Origin: Vulcanimicrobiota bacterium
GTDB lineage: Bacteria; Vulcanimicrobiota; Vulcanimicrobiia; Vulcanimicrobiales; Vulcanimicrobiaceae
Length of the DNA: 64,000 bases
NCBI GenBank assembly: GCA_963820825.1
Contig: CAWGBN010000009.1
Span: 192,001-256,000 of the forward strand
Reading direction: 5' to 3'
Shown: one piece after another, positions 41,172 to 51,310 of the stretch
How the letters are laid out: each line of letters starts with the position of its first letter
Numbering within the stretch: position 1 is the first letter of the stretch
Translations under genes and position numbers: made by a program
The notes under the pieces: model-generated
The model's database searches: none
Told to the model about the DNA's origin: nothing
What the model saw: the letters and a program-made list of their open reading frames with translations, nothing else

Positions 41172-42029
41172 CTACTTGTTCTTGAAGCGGGCGACGCGCT
41201 TTTCGTTGTAGGCCGCGAGCCCTTCTTTTGCATCCTCGCTCTTGAAGAGCAGCGACTGCAGTTCGCGTTCGAGCGCGAGCGCATCTTGCAACGGAAGCTC
41301 GGCGCCGGTCTGCACGCTGCGCTTGATGTGGCCGACGGCCATCGGAGCTTTGTTCGGCGAACAGAACTGCTTGGCGTAATCGAGGATCTGCTCGCGAAAC
41401 TCTTGCGCGCTGCCCTCGAAGAGATCGTTGAGCATGCCCCATTCGAGCGCCTGTTCGTAACTCACCGTCTTGCCGGTGGTCATCATCTCGATCGCGCGCG
41501 ACTTGCCGACGAGGCGTGCGAGGCGCTGCGTTCCGCCGGTACCCGGAAGCACGCCGAGCGCGACCTCGGGAAGGCCGATCTTTCCCGCGTCCTTGCGGGC
41601 GATGCGCAGATCGGCAGCCATTGCGATCTCCAAACCGCCGCCCACGCAGTGGCCGTTGAGAGCCGCGATCACCAGTTTCGGCGTCTGCTCGAGACGTTGC
41701 AGCGTCTCGTTGGCATGCAGACAGAACATGTACTTGAACTCGGGCGTTACCTGATTGAGCATGCCGATGTTGGCGCCGGCCGAGAAGAACTTCTCGCCCT
41801 TGCCGGTCAGCACGATCACTTCCACGTCGGAGTCGAAGCGCGCGTCCAAGATCGCTTCGTCGATCTGGCGCATCATCTCGTGCGTGTACGTATTTGCCGG
41901 CGGATCGTCCATCTCTACGAACGCGACGTGCCCGTCCTTCCAATAGTTGATGACGCGCTTGCCGTCGAACGGACGCGCCTCGCGTCCGAAGGGCGTCTGC
42001 TGGGCTGCTCTATCGACCGTCGTGCTCAT
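41172..42029 (-). CDS. Enoyl-CoA hydratase/crotonase (single domain; possible ring-opening partner of the BoxB-like enzyme)
   Basis: FFSAGANI, GHCVGGGLE, GLPEVALGVLPGTGGTQRL; ATG overlaps the stop of the boxB-like gene. Confidence 0.9.
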   Translation of the reverse strand: MSTTVDRAAQQTPFGREARPFDGKRVINYWKDGHVAFVEMDDPPANTYTHEMMRQIDEAILDARFDSDVEVIVLTGKGEKFFSAGANIGMLNQVTPEFKYMFCLHANETLQRLEQTPKLVIAALNGHCVGGGLEIAMAADLRIARKDAGKIGLPEVALGVLPGTGGTQRLARLVGKSRAIEMMTTGKTVSYEQALEWGMLNDLFEGSAQEFREQILDYAKQFCSPNKAPMAVGHIKRSVQTGAELPLQDALALERELQSLLFKSEDAKEGLAAYNEKRVARFKNK

Positions 42030-43147
42030 GCAAGTTTTCCTTTGGGTGCGATCCAGTTCGGATCCTTAAAGTACTCTTTGAGTTTCGTTTCGTCGGCCTG
42101 CGTCGGGAGAACGGTCGGCGCGTAGGCCTCCCATTCGGCATCCGTCAGAACTCGGCCGTCAACGCCATAGTGCTCTCCGGCGTAGTCGCCGATCTTCCGG
42201 TTGAAGCGCATGTCCGGAATATAGAGCTTCGTTTCGCTCGCGTTTACTTCGTTGACGCGGGCAACCGTCGAGAGCGCTTCCTCGTAAAACTGCGTACGCG
42301 CGCGCTCGTTGAGATGCTCCTTGTCCGGCTGCTCGCCGGCTTGATCCTCGTCGACGCGCCCCTTGATGCCCCAGGTATAGGCCCACTGTGCCGAACCCGA
42401 GTGATCGGTTCCGAAGAGATCGAGCGATCCCGAGAACCATTTGTTGTAATATTTCTGCTGGATCTCAACCGGGATGACGCCGGCTTTGGCGATGCGGCGC
42501 AAGCCGGTGATGCCCGTTCCCATGTGAAAGGACTCTTCGCGAAGCATCGGCCCCATCGACGCGGCGAGCGGAGCGAAGCTCGAATGCGAGAGCATCGTGA
42601 GCTGAAACTTACCGTCGCGGTCCATGAAGTTGGTGTAGGCGAAAAAGTCGAGCCAATGCGTGACGTCGTCGTTGAAGGCGTTGAGCAGCCGGTTCTTCTT
42701 TCCGAAGGCACGGCGCTCGAGCATCTTCTGCGCCTCGATCTTCCCTTCGCTGCCGAAGTGATTCACCATCAGGTGGCACATCTGATATCCATGACGAGTC
42801 TCTTCGACCATAATCCGCACGAGCGCGGCGAGATCGTACTCGCTCGGCGCGTTGTTGACCAGGAATCGCTGCTGCTCGTTTGAGGCGAACTCGGTGTCGC
42901 CCTGATAGACGACCATGTTGAGCACCGCGTCGCGCATGCGCTGGTCGGGAATCTCCCGCACGCGATCCCAGCGGCGGTCGCCTTTGAAGTCGCCGAAGTA
43001 GATCTCGCTGGTCGGCAGCTCGCCGTACTTCGCCTCGAACTCATACCCCGGCATGAAGCGGTCGACCAGCTCGCGGTCGAGGCCGATGTCGTGCCTCCAC
43101 TCGTCGAGCATCGTAATCCAGTCGTCAAAGGTCGAGATGCGGCTCAT
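42026..43147 (-). CDS. BoxB/PaaA-like di-iron aromatic-CoA epoxidase subunit (short, 373 aa)
   Basis: QGDTEFASNEQQ…APSEYDL…EETRH…DRDGKFQL…EESFH, resembling BoxB motifs; start set at the SD-led ATG 43147. Confidence 0.82.
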   Translation of the reverse strand: MSRISTFDDWITMLDEWRHDIGLDRELVDRFMPGYEFEAKYGELPTSEIYFGDFKGDRRWDRVREIPDQRMRDAVLNMVVYQGDTEFASNEQQRFLVNNAPSEYDLAALVRIMVEETRHGYQMCHLMVNHFGSEGKIEAQKMLERRAFGKKNRLLNAFNDDVTHWLDFFAYTNFMDRDGKFQLTMLSHSSFAPLAASMGPMLREESFHMGTGITGLRRIAKAGVIPVEIQQKYYNKWFSGSLDLFGTDHSGSAQWAYTWGIKGRVDEDQAGEQPDKEHLNERARTQFYEEALSTVARVNEVNASETKLYIPDMRFNRKIGDYAGEHYGVDGRVLTDAEWEAYAPTVLPTQADETKLKEYFKDPNWIAPKGKLA

Positions 43148-43163
43148 TACCTGCCTTCCAGCG

Positions 43164-43202
43164 TATAACGGATTTTCGTCGATCGTCGGGAATACCGTCA
43201 TA
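43164..43202. promoter_or_regulatory. Widely spaced inverted repeat, candidate PaaX operator
   Basis: TATAACGG-N23-CCGTCATA overlapping the -10 and predicted TSS of the boxB-like promoter. Confidence 0.45.
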
Positions 43203-43228
43203 CTAAATGCCCGCTGAGCGTGTGTCAA
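43200..43228 (-). promoter_or_regulatory. Sigma70-type promoter for the boxB-like gene
   Basis: TTGACA-17 nt-TAGTAT on the minus strand. Confidence 0.7.
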
Positions 43229-43278
43229 GTCAGAATTCCTTAACGACTGCGTATAGCGCAGTCCAGAGCGAGACGCCG

Positions 43279-44121
43279 GTGCGCCGAGTTAAAGGGGCGA
43301 GCGAACGGCAGGTCGCGCGCCCAAATTCCTTTATCTTCACGCTCTACGGCGACATGGTCCATCGCCGCTCGGGCGACACGTCGCTCTGGATCGGGGCCCT
43401 GATCCGCCTGATGGCCTCGTTCGGCGTCTCGCCTGCGGCCGTTCGCCAGGCCGTTTCGCGAATGGCGCGCCAGGGTTGGCTGGTCGCTCGCCGGGAGAAA
43501 AACCGGGCATTCTATAGCGTCACCGAGCGCGGGCGGCGACGGATCGAAGAGTTGAGCCCGCGGATCTACGGGCCGGTCATCGAGTGGGACGGCCGCTGGC
43601 GCTTGCTGACCTATGCGATCGGGGAGGCCCACCGCAAGCGACGCGAGCGCCTGCGCAAAGAGTTGAGCGCGCTGGGATGGGCGCAGCTCTCGCCGACTGC
43701 CTGGATCTCGCCCTCCGATACGCTGGCCGCCGCTCGGGCGGCCGCGGACGCGACCAAGACGCTCGACGCGGTCAACCTCTTCACCAGCGAGTACCGCGGC
43801 CCGCGCAGCGATCGGGAGCTGCTCGAGCGATGCTGGAACGTAGAAGAGATCGCGGCCGCCTATCGGGCCTTCATCGCCCGCTACCAGCCGCGGCTTCGTC
43901 GCGAGCGGGAGCGCAGCGGTTTAAGCGACGAGGCGGCGCTCGTCGAGCGGCTCTGGCTCGTTCACGATTATCGGAAGTTCGTTTACGTCGACCCGGGACT
44001 TCCCAGCGAGCTCTTGCCGGCGCACTGGCCCGGGACCGCCGCCGCCGCGCTCTTTCGCGAATACTACGCGGCGCTCGACGCGAAATCACAACGATACTTT
44101 CATCAATGTACGACGGCGTGA
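43279..44121 (+). CDS. paaX: PaaX-family transcriptional repressor
   Basis: SFIFTLYGD…AVRQAVSRM…WDGRW…DPGLPSELLPAHWPG. Confidence 0.9.
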   Translation: MRRVKGASERQVARPNSFIFTLYGDMVHRRSGDTSLWIGALIRLMASFGVSPAAVRQAVSRMARQGWLVARREKNRAFYSVTERGRRRIEELSPRIYGPVIEWDGRWRLLTYAIGEAHRKRRERLRKELSALGWAQLSPTAWISPSDTLAAARAAADATKTLDAVNLFTSEYRGPRSDRELLERCWNVEEIAAAYRAFIARYQPRLRRERERSGLSDEAALVERLWLVHDYRKFVYVDPGLPSELLPAHWPGTAAAALFREYYAALDAKSQRYFHQCTTA

Positions 44122-44159
44122 AACGGGGGCGCGCGCCGGCGCGTCGAAGCGACCCGCCC

Positions 44160-44548
44160 ATGCCCAAAAGCCTGCTCCTCGCGCTCGCCGTCGCCGCGCT
44201 CGCCATCGCGGCATGCAGCAACAACTCCGCCTCGCCGAGCCCGAGCGTCTCGCCCGGATCGCCGATGCCGGACCCCTCGATCACCACGGCCAAACTCTTC
44301 GTCTCCGTCAACGGCACCCGGCAGCAAAAATTCCCGTGGAGATATCGACGCCCAAGAACACGGCGAGCCCGCGTCCGGGCACACCCTTCGAGACCAAGGA
44401 TACCGGCAAGAAGGGACTGGTGAAATTCAAAGATCTCAAACCGAGCAAGATCTACTGCTGGGTCGCGATCATCGCGCCGAGCTTCAAATCGTCCGAGTGC
44501 GCCGGATGGCAAATCTGGCAGGGCAGTACGATTAATCTAGGGACTTAG
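44160..44548 (+). CDS. Hypothetical lipoprotein (frameshift near 44318)
   Basis: MPKSLLLALAVAALAIAAC lipobox, SP-rich linker; continues …KIPVEISTP…CWV…ECAGW in the next frame. Confidence 0.65.
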
Positions 44549-44871
44549 CTGTCATCGTCGTGTAAGTGAAGGTGGCAGCCATCTTCCGCTTCCGATAGCA
44601 CGTCGCGCGCTTCGGAGAGGACCGCCGTCGATAACGGACGGCTCGGCGGCTCGACCGAACCCGACTCGGCCAAGAAGTCGACTTCGCTCCAATCCTCCCA
44701 CGTCTCCAGCGGCTCGGCGTCTTTGCTCGCGGGGAAGCGCACGCAGAACCCCTGGTCGAGGTGAAGCCCGACGACGGTCACTTCGGTGCCGCGCGGGAAG
44801 TACGTTCCGTCTTTCCAGAGCGTCCCGTACGTCGTGCTGTACTCTCCGCCGATTTTGAGCGGTTCGTCCAT
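44545..44871 (-). CDS. Hypothetical acidic protein
   Basis: 108 aa directly after the aldehyde dehydrogenase gene; SD-like GAGAG. Confidence 0.6.
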   Translation of the reverse strand: MDEPLKIGGEYSTTYGTLWKDGTYFPRGTEVTVVGLHLDQGFCVRFPASKDAEPLETWEDWSEVDFLAESGSVEPPSRPLSTAVLSEARDVLSEAEDGCHLHLHDDDS

Positions 44872-44881
44872 AATCTCTCGT

Positions 44882-46378
44882 CTATACCCCGAATGGGTTC
44901 ATCGGTTTCTCGCCGATGTAGGTAAGCACGCTCTTGGTCTCGGTGTAGAGTCGCATCGTCTCCATGCCAAGCTCGCGGCCGTACCCGGATTGCTTGTAAC
45001 CGCCGAACGGTACGCCCGGAAAGACGGCGTACGGCGTGTTGATCGCGACGGATCCGCTGCGGATCGCGCGCGCGACGCGATTCGCGCGTCCGAGGTTCGT
45101 CGACCAGACGCTCGCCGCCAAACCGTACTCGCTTGCGTTCGCGAGTGCGATCGCCTCGGCTTCGTCGGCGAAGCGAACGAAGGTCGCTACCGGACCGAAG
45201 ATCTCTTCGCGAGCGATGCGGTGCGTGTTCTGCGCCTCAAATGCGGTCGGACTCCAGAACGTTCCGGCAGAAAACGCATCGCCGAGCTCCGGCGGTGCAC
45301 CGCCCAAAAGCACCTTCGCCCCTTCGGCGACGCCGATCTCGCAGTACGTCGCTAATCTTTTGGTGCTGGTCGCGCAGCGTGATCGCACCGATCTGCGTCG
45401 CCGGATCTTCGGGATCGCCGAGCCGCAACTGTTTTGCCTTCTCGGTGAAGAGCGCGACGAAGCGATCGTAGATTCCGCTCTGAACGAGAATCCGCGAACG
45501 CGCTTCGCAGCACTGGCCGGCATTGTAGTAGACGCCGTAGAGCGCGCCCGCGACGGCCGCGTCGATATCGGCATCGTCGAAGACGACGGCTGGCGATTTT
45601 CCGCCGAGCTCGAGCGTGACGCGTTTGAGGGTCTTCGCGGCCGCCGCTGCGACGTTCTTTCCCGTCTCGGTCGAACCGGTGAATGCAATCTTGTCGATGC
45701 CGGGATGCTCGACCATCCACGCGCCGATCGGCCGCGTCCCGACCGGTGAGCACGTTGAGCACGCCTTCGGGGACGCCGGCTTCGAGTGCGAGCCTCCCCA
45801 ACTCGATTGCCGTGAGCGGTGTTACCGACGACGGCTTCAAGACGATCGTGCAGCCGGCAGCGAGTGCGGGCGCGACCTTCCACGACGCGAGCAGCAGCGG
45901 AAAGTTCCACGGAACGATCGCGCCGACCACGCCGACCGGCTCGCGCACGGTGTCGGCAAGATATGGTTGGAATCGGTGGCGGAAGCGTCTCGCCGTAGTT
46001 CTTTGTCGCCGCGCCCGCATAGAATTCGAAGCAATCCACGATCGCGCCGACTTCGCCTTTTGCCGTCGCGATGGTCTTGCCGTTGTCGCGCACCTCGAGC
46101 AAGGCGATTTCGGCCGCGCGCTCGCCGATCAGTTGTGCGAGCTTGTAGACGATCTTCGCGCGCCGCGAGGCGGCCATCGTCGGCCAGCGCCCGGCATCGA
46201 AAGCCTGGCGCGCGGCGGCGATCGCCGCATCCACGTCCTCGCGCGTCGCGTCGGCGACGTCGGCAATCTTCGCGCCGGTCGCCGGATTGAAATTTTCGTA
46301 AATGCCGCCGTCGGCCGCATCGCGCCACTGCGAACCGATCAGCAGTTGCGTTTTGGTCATCGTTGAGGTCGTGGTCAT
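44882..46378 (-). CDS. Aldehyde dehydrogenase (about 3 frameshifts near 45965, 45740 and 45350)
   Basis: [49 protein letters not shown] spread over three frames. Confidence 0.9.
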   Translation of the reverse strand: MTTTSTMTKTQLLIGSQWRDAADGGIYENFNPATGAKIADVADATREDVDAAIAAARQAFDAGRWPTMAASRRAKIVYKLAQLIGERAAEIALLEVRDNGKTIATAKGEVGAIVDCFEFYAGAATKNYGETLPPPIPTISCRHRARAGRRGRRDRSVELSAAARVVEGRARTRCRLHDRLEAVVGNTAHGNRVGEARTRSRRPRRRAQRAHRSGRGRSARGWSSIPASTRLHSPVRPRRERTSQRRPRRPSNASRSSSAENRQPSSSTMPISTRPSRARSTASTTMPASAAKRVRGFSFRAESTIASSRSSPRRQNSCGSAIPKIRRRRSVRSRCATSTKRLATYCEIGVAEGAKVLLGGAPPELGDAFSAGTFWSPTAFEAQNTHRIAREEIFGPVATFVRFADEAEAIALANASEYGLAASVWSTNLGRANRVARAIRSGSVAINTPYAVFPGVPFGGYKQSGYGRELGMETMRLYTETKSVLTYIGEKPMNPFGV

Positions 46379-47589
46379 GTCGCTGCCTTCAACTCCACGC
46401 GCTCGAATACCGTTGCGATCCCCTGGCCGACCCCGATGCACATCGTCGCCAAACCGTACCGTCCCCCGCGCCGGCGCAGTTCGTGCAACAGGGTAGTCGC
46501 GATGCGCGCGCCGCTCGCGCCCAAGGGATGGCCGAGCGCGATCGCACCGCCGTTCGGGTTGGTGCGCTCGCGATCGAAAGCGAGATCGCGTATGCAGGCA
46601 ATGGCCTGCGCCGCGAAGGCTTCGTTGATTTCGATCACGTCGAGGTCGCCTGCCGCAAGACCGATGCGATCGAGCGCTTTACGTGTCGCGGGAATCGGCC
46701 CCAAGCCCATGACGTCCGGTGAAACGCCGGCCGCAGCGCATCCGGCAAACCGCGCCATCGGTGCGAGTCCCAACCGGAGCGCCGTACCGGCTTCGCAGAG
46801 CAAGAGCGCCGACGCGCCGTCGTTGATTCCCGAGGAGTTCCCCGCGGTCACCGTACCGCCGCTCTTAAAGGCCGGAGCGAGCTTGGCGAGCCGATCGAGC
46901 GTCGTCTCCGGACGAGGATGCTCGTCGCACGTCACGAGATCCTCGGCGCCTTTGGCATCGGGTATCGAAACCGCGACGATCTCGTCGTCGAACGCGCCGC
47001 GTTCGATCGCCGCTTTGCATTTCATCTGCGACTCGAAGGCGAAACGGTCTTGCTCCTCGCGCGCGATGCCGTATCGTTCGGCCACCTTCTCAGCCGTCTC
47101 GCCCAATGCGATCGTCCACTCCGCGGGCATTGCGGGATTGACCATCCGCCAGCCGAGCACCGTATCGAAGAGCTGCTGCTTTCGCCCGAACGGCGCATCG
47201 CTCTTCGGCAGAACGTACGGCGCGCGCGTCATCGACTCCACGCCGCCGGCGATCATAACGTCGCCCTCGCCGCAGGCAATCGCCTGCGCCGCGGAGTTGA
47301 TCGCCTGCAGGCTCGAACCGCAGAGACGATTGACCGTCGCTGCGGGAACCTCGACCGGAAATCCCGCGAGCAGCACCGCCATACGGGCGACGTTGCGATT
47401 ATCTTCGCCGCTTTGATTCGCCGCGCCGAGATAGACGTCGTCGATCGCCGACGGCGAGATACCGTTGCGCTCGACGATCGCACGAAGCACGAGCGCGGCG
47501 AGATCGTCGGGTCGAACGCCGGCGAGCGCTCCGCCGTATCGTCCGATCGGCGTGCGAACCGCATCGATCACCCAAACCTCGCGACTCAT
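46375..47589 (-). CDS. paaJ: Thiolase, 3-oxoadipyl-CoA thiolase-like (PaaJ/PcaF)
   Basis: [45 protein letters not shown]. Confidence 0.88.
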   Translation of the reverse strand: MSREVWVIDAVRTPIGRYGGALAGVRPDDLAALVLRAIVERNGISPSAIDDVYLGAANQSGEDNRNVARMAVLLAGFPVEVPAATVNRLCGSSLQAINSAAQAIACGEGDVMIAGGVESMTRAPYVLPKSDAPFGRKQQLFDTVLGWRMVNPAMPAEWTIALGETAEKVAERYGIAREEQDRFAFESQMKCKAAIERGAFDDEIVAVSIPDAKGAEDLVTCDEHPRPETTLDRLAKLAPAFKSGGTVTAGNSSGINDGASALLLCEAGTALRLGLAPMARFAGCAAAGVSPDVMGLGPIPATRKALDRIGLAAGDLDVIEINEAFAAQAIACIRDLAFDRERTNPNGGAIALGHPLGASGARIATTLLHELRRRGGRYGLATMCIGVGQGIATVFERVELKAAT

Positions 47590-49183
47590 TGCGGCGCCTC
47601 TTCGGCCGGCGTCTCTTCAGCCGGCGGCTGTTCGGCGACGTCGAGCGTCCAAAGGGCGCGATGCGGGGCAAACGCTTCGCCTTCGGCGGCAGCCAGACGC
47701 TCAGAATTCGGCTCACGCGCGCTCCGCCGATCTCGCGCCCCCATTCGACCGGCCCGATGGGATAGTTTGCGCCGAGCCGCATCGCCGTGTCCACGTCCTC
47801 CGGCGAAGCGACGTCTTCGCTCACGGCAACGACCGCCTCGTTTACGATCGAGCCGATCGTCCGTCCGAGAAAGAGCCCCGGAGAACTCTCAACCAAGATC
47901 GCGCCCTTGCCGAGCTCGGCAAAGAGCTCTTGCGCGAGTTCGAGCGCGTCGTCGGAGACCTCTTCGGCATCGACGATCTCGACGACGCTCTGCGCTTCGA
48001 GGCTGCCGAGGATGCCGTATCCGACGAGCCGCTCGGGATGGCGCATTCGCCGCGCACAAGCGGCGAGATCGGTTCCGTACGCATCGACGAAGAAGACGCA
48101 CTCCGTGCCGAGCAGCGAATCGAGAGCGGCCACGACGTCGCCACGATCGGTCGCTGCGTCTCCCGCATCGATTACGATCGTCGAATCGGCCGAGAGCTCG
48201 TCGAGAAAGTCGTCGTTTTCAATGCGCCGTACGTGAGCGTACCGGCGCTCGAGCCGTTCGGCGAACTCGTCGGCGCGCGCGCCAAAACCCACCACCGCAA
48301 CGAACTCCTCGGCGTTGCGTTCGCCCTGCGGCTCCTCGACGACGGGGTCGAAACGCTCGGCTTTACCATCGCGGTAGACGTAGAACCCGCGACCGCTCTT
48401 GCGCCCGAGGAGTCCTTGGGCGACCATTGAGCGCTGCAAATCGACCGGGGCGAAGCGTTCGGCTTGCGTGCGCTCGTAGATCGACTCGCTCGTCGCGAGA
48501 TTGACGTCGAGACCGATCAAATCCATCAGCTCGAAGGGGCCCATGCGGAAGCCGGCGCCCCGCGCGAGCGCGTCGAGCTCCTCGATCGAAGCGACGCCGC
48601 GCTCGAGCGCGTGCAATGCCTGGAGGTAATAGGGACGGGCGACGCGGTTGACGATGAATCCCGGCGTATCGGCGGCAAGCACGGCGGTCTTGCCCATCTG
48701 CTCGGCGGCCGCAAACGCTCGCTCGAGCGTCGCATCGCTCGTCTGCGGCGCGGCGACGACTTCGAGCAGCGCCATACGCGCCGGCGGGTTAAAGAAATGA
48801 AGGCCGACGACGCGCTCCGGATTCGGCACGGTGCCGGCGAGTTCGCCAACGGCCAGCGACGAGGTGTTCGTCGCAATCATCGCTTGCGGCGAGAGCGCGC
48901 GCCCGAGCGCGGCCAAGACCTCGCGCTTGAGATCGAAGCGTTCGGGTACGGCTTCTATCGCAATCACCGCGTCGCTCGAGCTCGGAATCGCATCGAGCCA
49001 AGCGATGCGCGCGCCGATTGCGGAATCGCCGCAGCGTTGCGCCTCGCGCTCGATCAGCGCGTTGCTGCGTTCGCGGGCGGCAGGCTGCGGTTCGACGATC
49101 TCAACGGCGTAGCCGCCGCGGGCAGCGACGAAGGCGATGCCCGCTCCCATGGTTCCGCCACCAACGACGAGGAAACGTTCCAT
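47586..49183 (-). CDS. paaH: 3-hydroxyacyl-CoA dehydrogenase, PaaH-like (frameshift near 47700)
   Basis: [47 protein letters not shown], duplicated C-terminal domain. Confidence 0.85.
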
Positions 49184-49239
49184 CGGCTCGGGTTTCGGCG
49201 AGAGGAGGTTCAAACGCCTCGCCGGAGGATTGGCTCGCT

Positions 49240-49788
49240 ATGGAAAAGCCCCAATGGCGCCTGCGCGCGTCGCGCTACGTCGTCGATTCGCCCTATATGC
49301 GCCTGCGAATGGACGAAGTCGAGCTTCCCAATGGAACGGTCGTGCCCAACTACTACGTTCGCGAGTCGCGCGGATACTCAGTCGTCGTCGCCTTGACCGC
49401 GGACGAGCACGTCGTCCTCGTCCGCCAGTATCGCTACGGGTCCGACGCGATCCACCTCGAGCTGCCGGCGGGGCTGCTGAACGAGGACGAAGACCCACGC
49501 GAGTGCGCGTTGCGCGAACTAGCCGAAGAGACGGGTTACGAGGTCGACCGCTGCGAGCTGGTGGGAGCGTTTCTCCACGAACCGGTCCGCTCGAACGCGC
49601 GCGCCTACGTTTATATTGCCGCGGGCGCCCGCAGCGTCCGCGCCCAGAACCTCGACCCGACCGAGCATCTCACTGTCGAGCTCGCGCCGCTTGGCCTCTT
49701 TCGGACGATGCTGGGGGACGGACGGATCGACGCGGGCGGCTCGATCGCGGCCGGCTACCTCGCGCTCGACAAGCTGCACGCGCTTTGA
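49240..49788 (+). CDS. NUDIX hydrolase (ADP-ribose pyrophosphatase-like)
   Basis: LVRQYRY…ELPAGLLNEDEDPRECALRELAEETGY Nudix box. Confidence 0.9.
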   Translation: MEKPQWRLRASRYVVDSPYMRLRMDEVELPNGTVVPNYYVRESRGYSVVVALTADEHVVLVRQYRYGSDAIHLELPAGLLNEDEDPRECALRELAEETGYEVDRCELVGAFLHEPVRSNARAYVYIAAGARSVRAQNLDPTEHLTVELAPLGLFRTMLGDGRIDAGGSIAAGYLALDKLHAL

Positions 49789-49825
49789 AACTTCCCGCTT
49801 GGGGCTCCGGTAACGGAGAGGTACC

Positions 49826-50038
49826 ATGAAAAACGTGACGAGGCCAAGGCTCAATCCGCTGCTCGCGCTCTTCTTGAAGGTGACGGCAGCGGTCACGATC
49901 GCGATCGTCCTGCTGCTCCTGCTCTGGCATCTCGTGAAGATTATCTTGATCGCCGCGGTGATCGCCGCAATCGCGGTCGGCGGGCTTCTCCTCTACAACC
50001 TCGTGCGCCGGCGCTCGAACACGCCCGCTATTCGATAA
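49826..50038 (+). CDS. Small two-TM membrane protein
   Basis: 70 aa hydrophobic hairpin; SD GGAGAGG. Confidence 0.7.
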   Translation: MKNVTRPRLNPLLALFLKVTAAVTIAIVLLLLLWHLVKIILIAAVIAAIAVGGLLLYNLVRRRSNTPAIR

Positions 50039-50825
50039 GCCACTCCTCGAGCGCCGCGGTAACGCGCTCCGGTTCCTCGAGCATCGGCAGGTGTCCACTC
50101 TCCTCGCAAACGACCAGACGCGCGCGCGGAAACGTCGCGACGATCGAACGCGCTTCGGCTCGATCGACGACGCGGTCTGCGCCCCCGGCTACGAATAGAA
50201 CCGGAACCGTCAAATCTTCGGCGATATCCTCGGCCGGCGAACGCAGGGCCATGCCGCGCAGCGCTCCGGCAACGCCCGCAGGCGAGTTCGCTCGCGCGAT
50301 CGCGTAGGCGCGTTCGACGACGCCGACGCGCCGCGCGATCGTGCGCGGTGCGAGCAGACGCGGCAGATACGACTCGATGACCGGTTCGACGCTGCCGTCA
50401 CCCTCGACGCGATCGGCGAGGTTTCGGCGAGCCGCCGCCTCGTCAGGGGTATCCGCACGCAGCCGGCTTGCGACTAAGGCCAGCCGCGTTACGCGCTCCG
50501 TGAACATGCGCGCAAAGGCCAGCGCAACGTATCCACCCATCGAGTGACCGACGAGCGCAGCACGCTCGATCGCGAGTGCGTCGAGCAGCACCGCAACGTC
50601 GGCCGCGAGCCGTTCCATCAAGTACGGACCTTGCGGCGCGGCAGATTCTCCGGCACCGCGCAAGTCGGGACGAAGCACCTGCGCGGTCGGCGCGAGTGCG
50701 TCCGCTTGCGCTTCCCAAATCGCGCGCGTGAACGGAAAACCGTGGATCAGAACGACTGCGTTTGCGTCTGCGCGACCCGCGACGCACACGTCGATGCACG
50801 CGCCGTCATCGGCGAAAACTTGCAT
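50028..50825 (-). CDS. Alpha/beta hydrolase (enol-lactonase-like)
   Basis: LIHGFPF, PDLRGAGES, GHSMGG, SGHLPMLE. Confidence 0.88.
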   Translation of the reverse strand: MQVFADDGACIDVCVAGRADANAVVLIHGFPFTRAIWEAQADALAPTAQVLRPDLRGAGESAAPQGPYLMERLAADVAVLLDALAIERAALVGHSMGGYVALAFARMFTERVTRLALVASRLRADTPDEAAARRNLADRVEGDGSVEPVIESYLPRLLAPRTIARRVGVVERAYAIARANSPAGVAGALRGMALRSPAEDIAEDLTVPVLFVAGGADRVVDRAEARSIVATFPRARLVVCEESGHLPMLEEPERVTAALEEWLIE

Positions 50826-50903
50826 TGAAGGGCGTAATACTGTATAAGGTAGGCAACACCCCTGGTCGGTTGCCGACCAGAGAAAGGATGACTCGTACCA
50901 ACG

Positions 50904-51230
50904 ATGGCAGTTCGAAAGAAAGCCGCGCGCAAAGCGGCCGTCAAGAAGGCGGTCGCAATCGCGTTGGTTCGCAAGGCGATTCGCAAGCGCGTTCGCCGAA
51001 AGGTGGCCCGCAAGGCGGTCCGTCGTGCAGTAGCTCGAAAGATCGTTCGTAAGAAGGTACGCCGTAAGGTAGCTCGCAAGGCGATCCGCCGCAAAGTAGC
51101 CCGAAAGGCAGTACGCCGGAAAGTGGCCCGAAAGAAAGTCCGACGTAAGGTAGCGCGGAAAGCCGTTCGCAGGAAGGCCGTCCGAAAGGCGGTTCGCAAG
51201 CGAGTTCGACGAAAGAAGGCCTCGAGCTAA
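50904..51230 (+). CDS. Extremely basic repetitive histone-H1/protamine-like protein
   Basis: 108 aa, 57 K/R, no acidic residues, ~9-aa repeat VRRKVARKA; purine-rich AGAAAGGA upstream; intrinsic terminator downstream. Confidence 0.8.
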   Translation: MAVRKKAARKAAVKKAVAIALVRKAIRKRVRRKVARKAVRRAVARKIVRKKVRRKVARKAIRRKVARKAVRRKVARKKVRRKVARKAVRRKAVRKAVRKRVRRKKASS

Positions 51231-51276
51231 TTCCCAATCCATGACTCCGCTCGGTGTAGTACCGGCGGAGTTATTT

Positions 51277-51310
51277 AAGCGAGTCGCGTCGTTCGCGACT
51301 CGCTTTTTTA
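51277..51310 (+). terminator. Rho-independent terminator
   Basis: AAGCGAGTCGCG-tcgtt-CGCGACTCGCTT followed by a T-run, between convergent genes. Confidence 0.85.

Noticed and set aside
43147..43228. Longer N-terminus for the BoxB-like protein (starts at 43228 or 43201)
   Set aside because: Those codons coincide with the -35 and -10 boxes of the promoter; the ATG at 43147 has an SD.
50950..51215. Repetitive DNA as a CRISPR array or VNTR
   Set aside because: The periodicity is at the amino-acid level with variable codons; there are no constant repeats separated by unique spacers.
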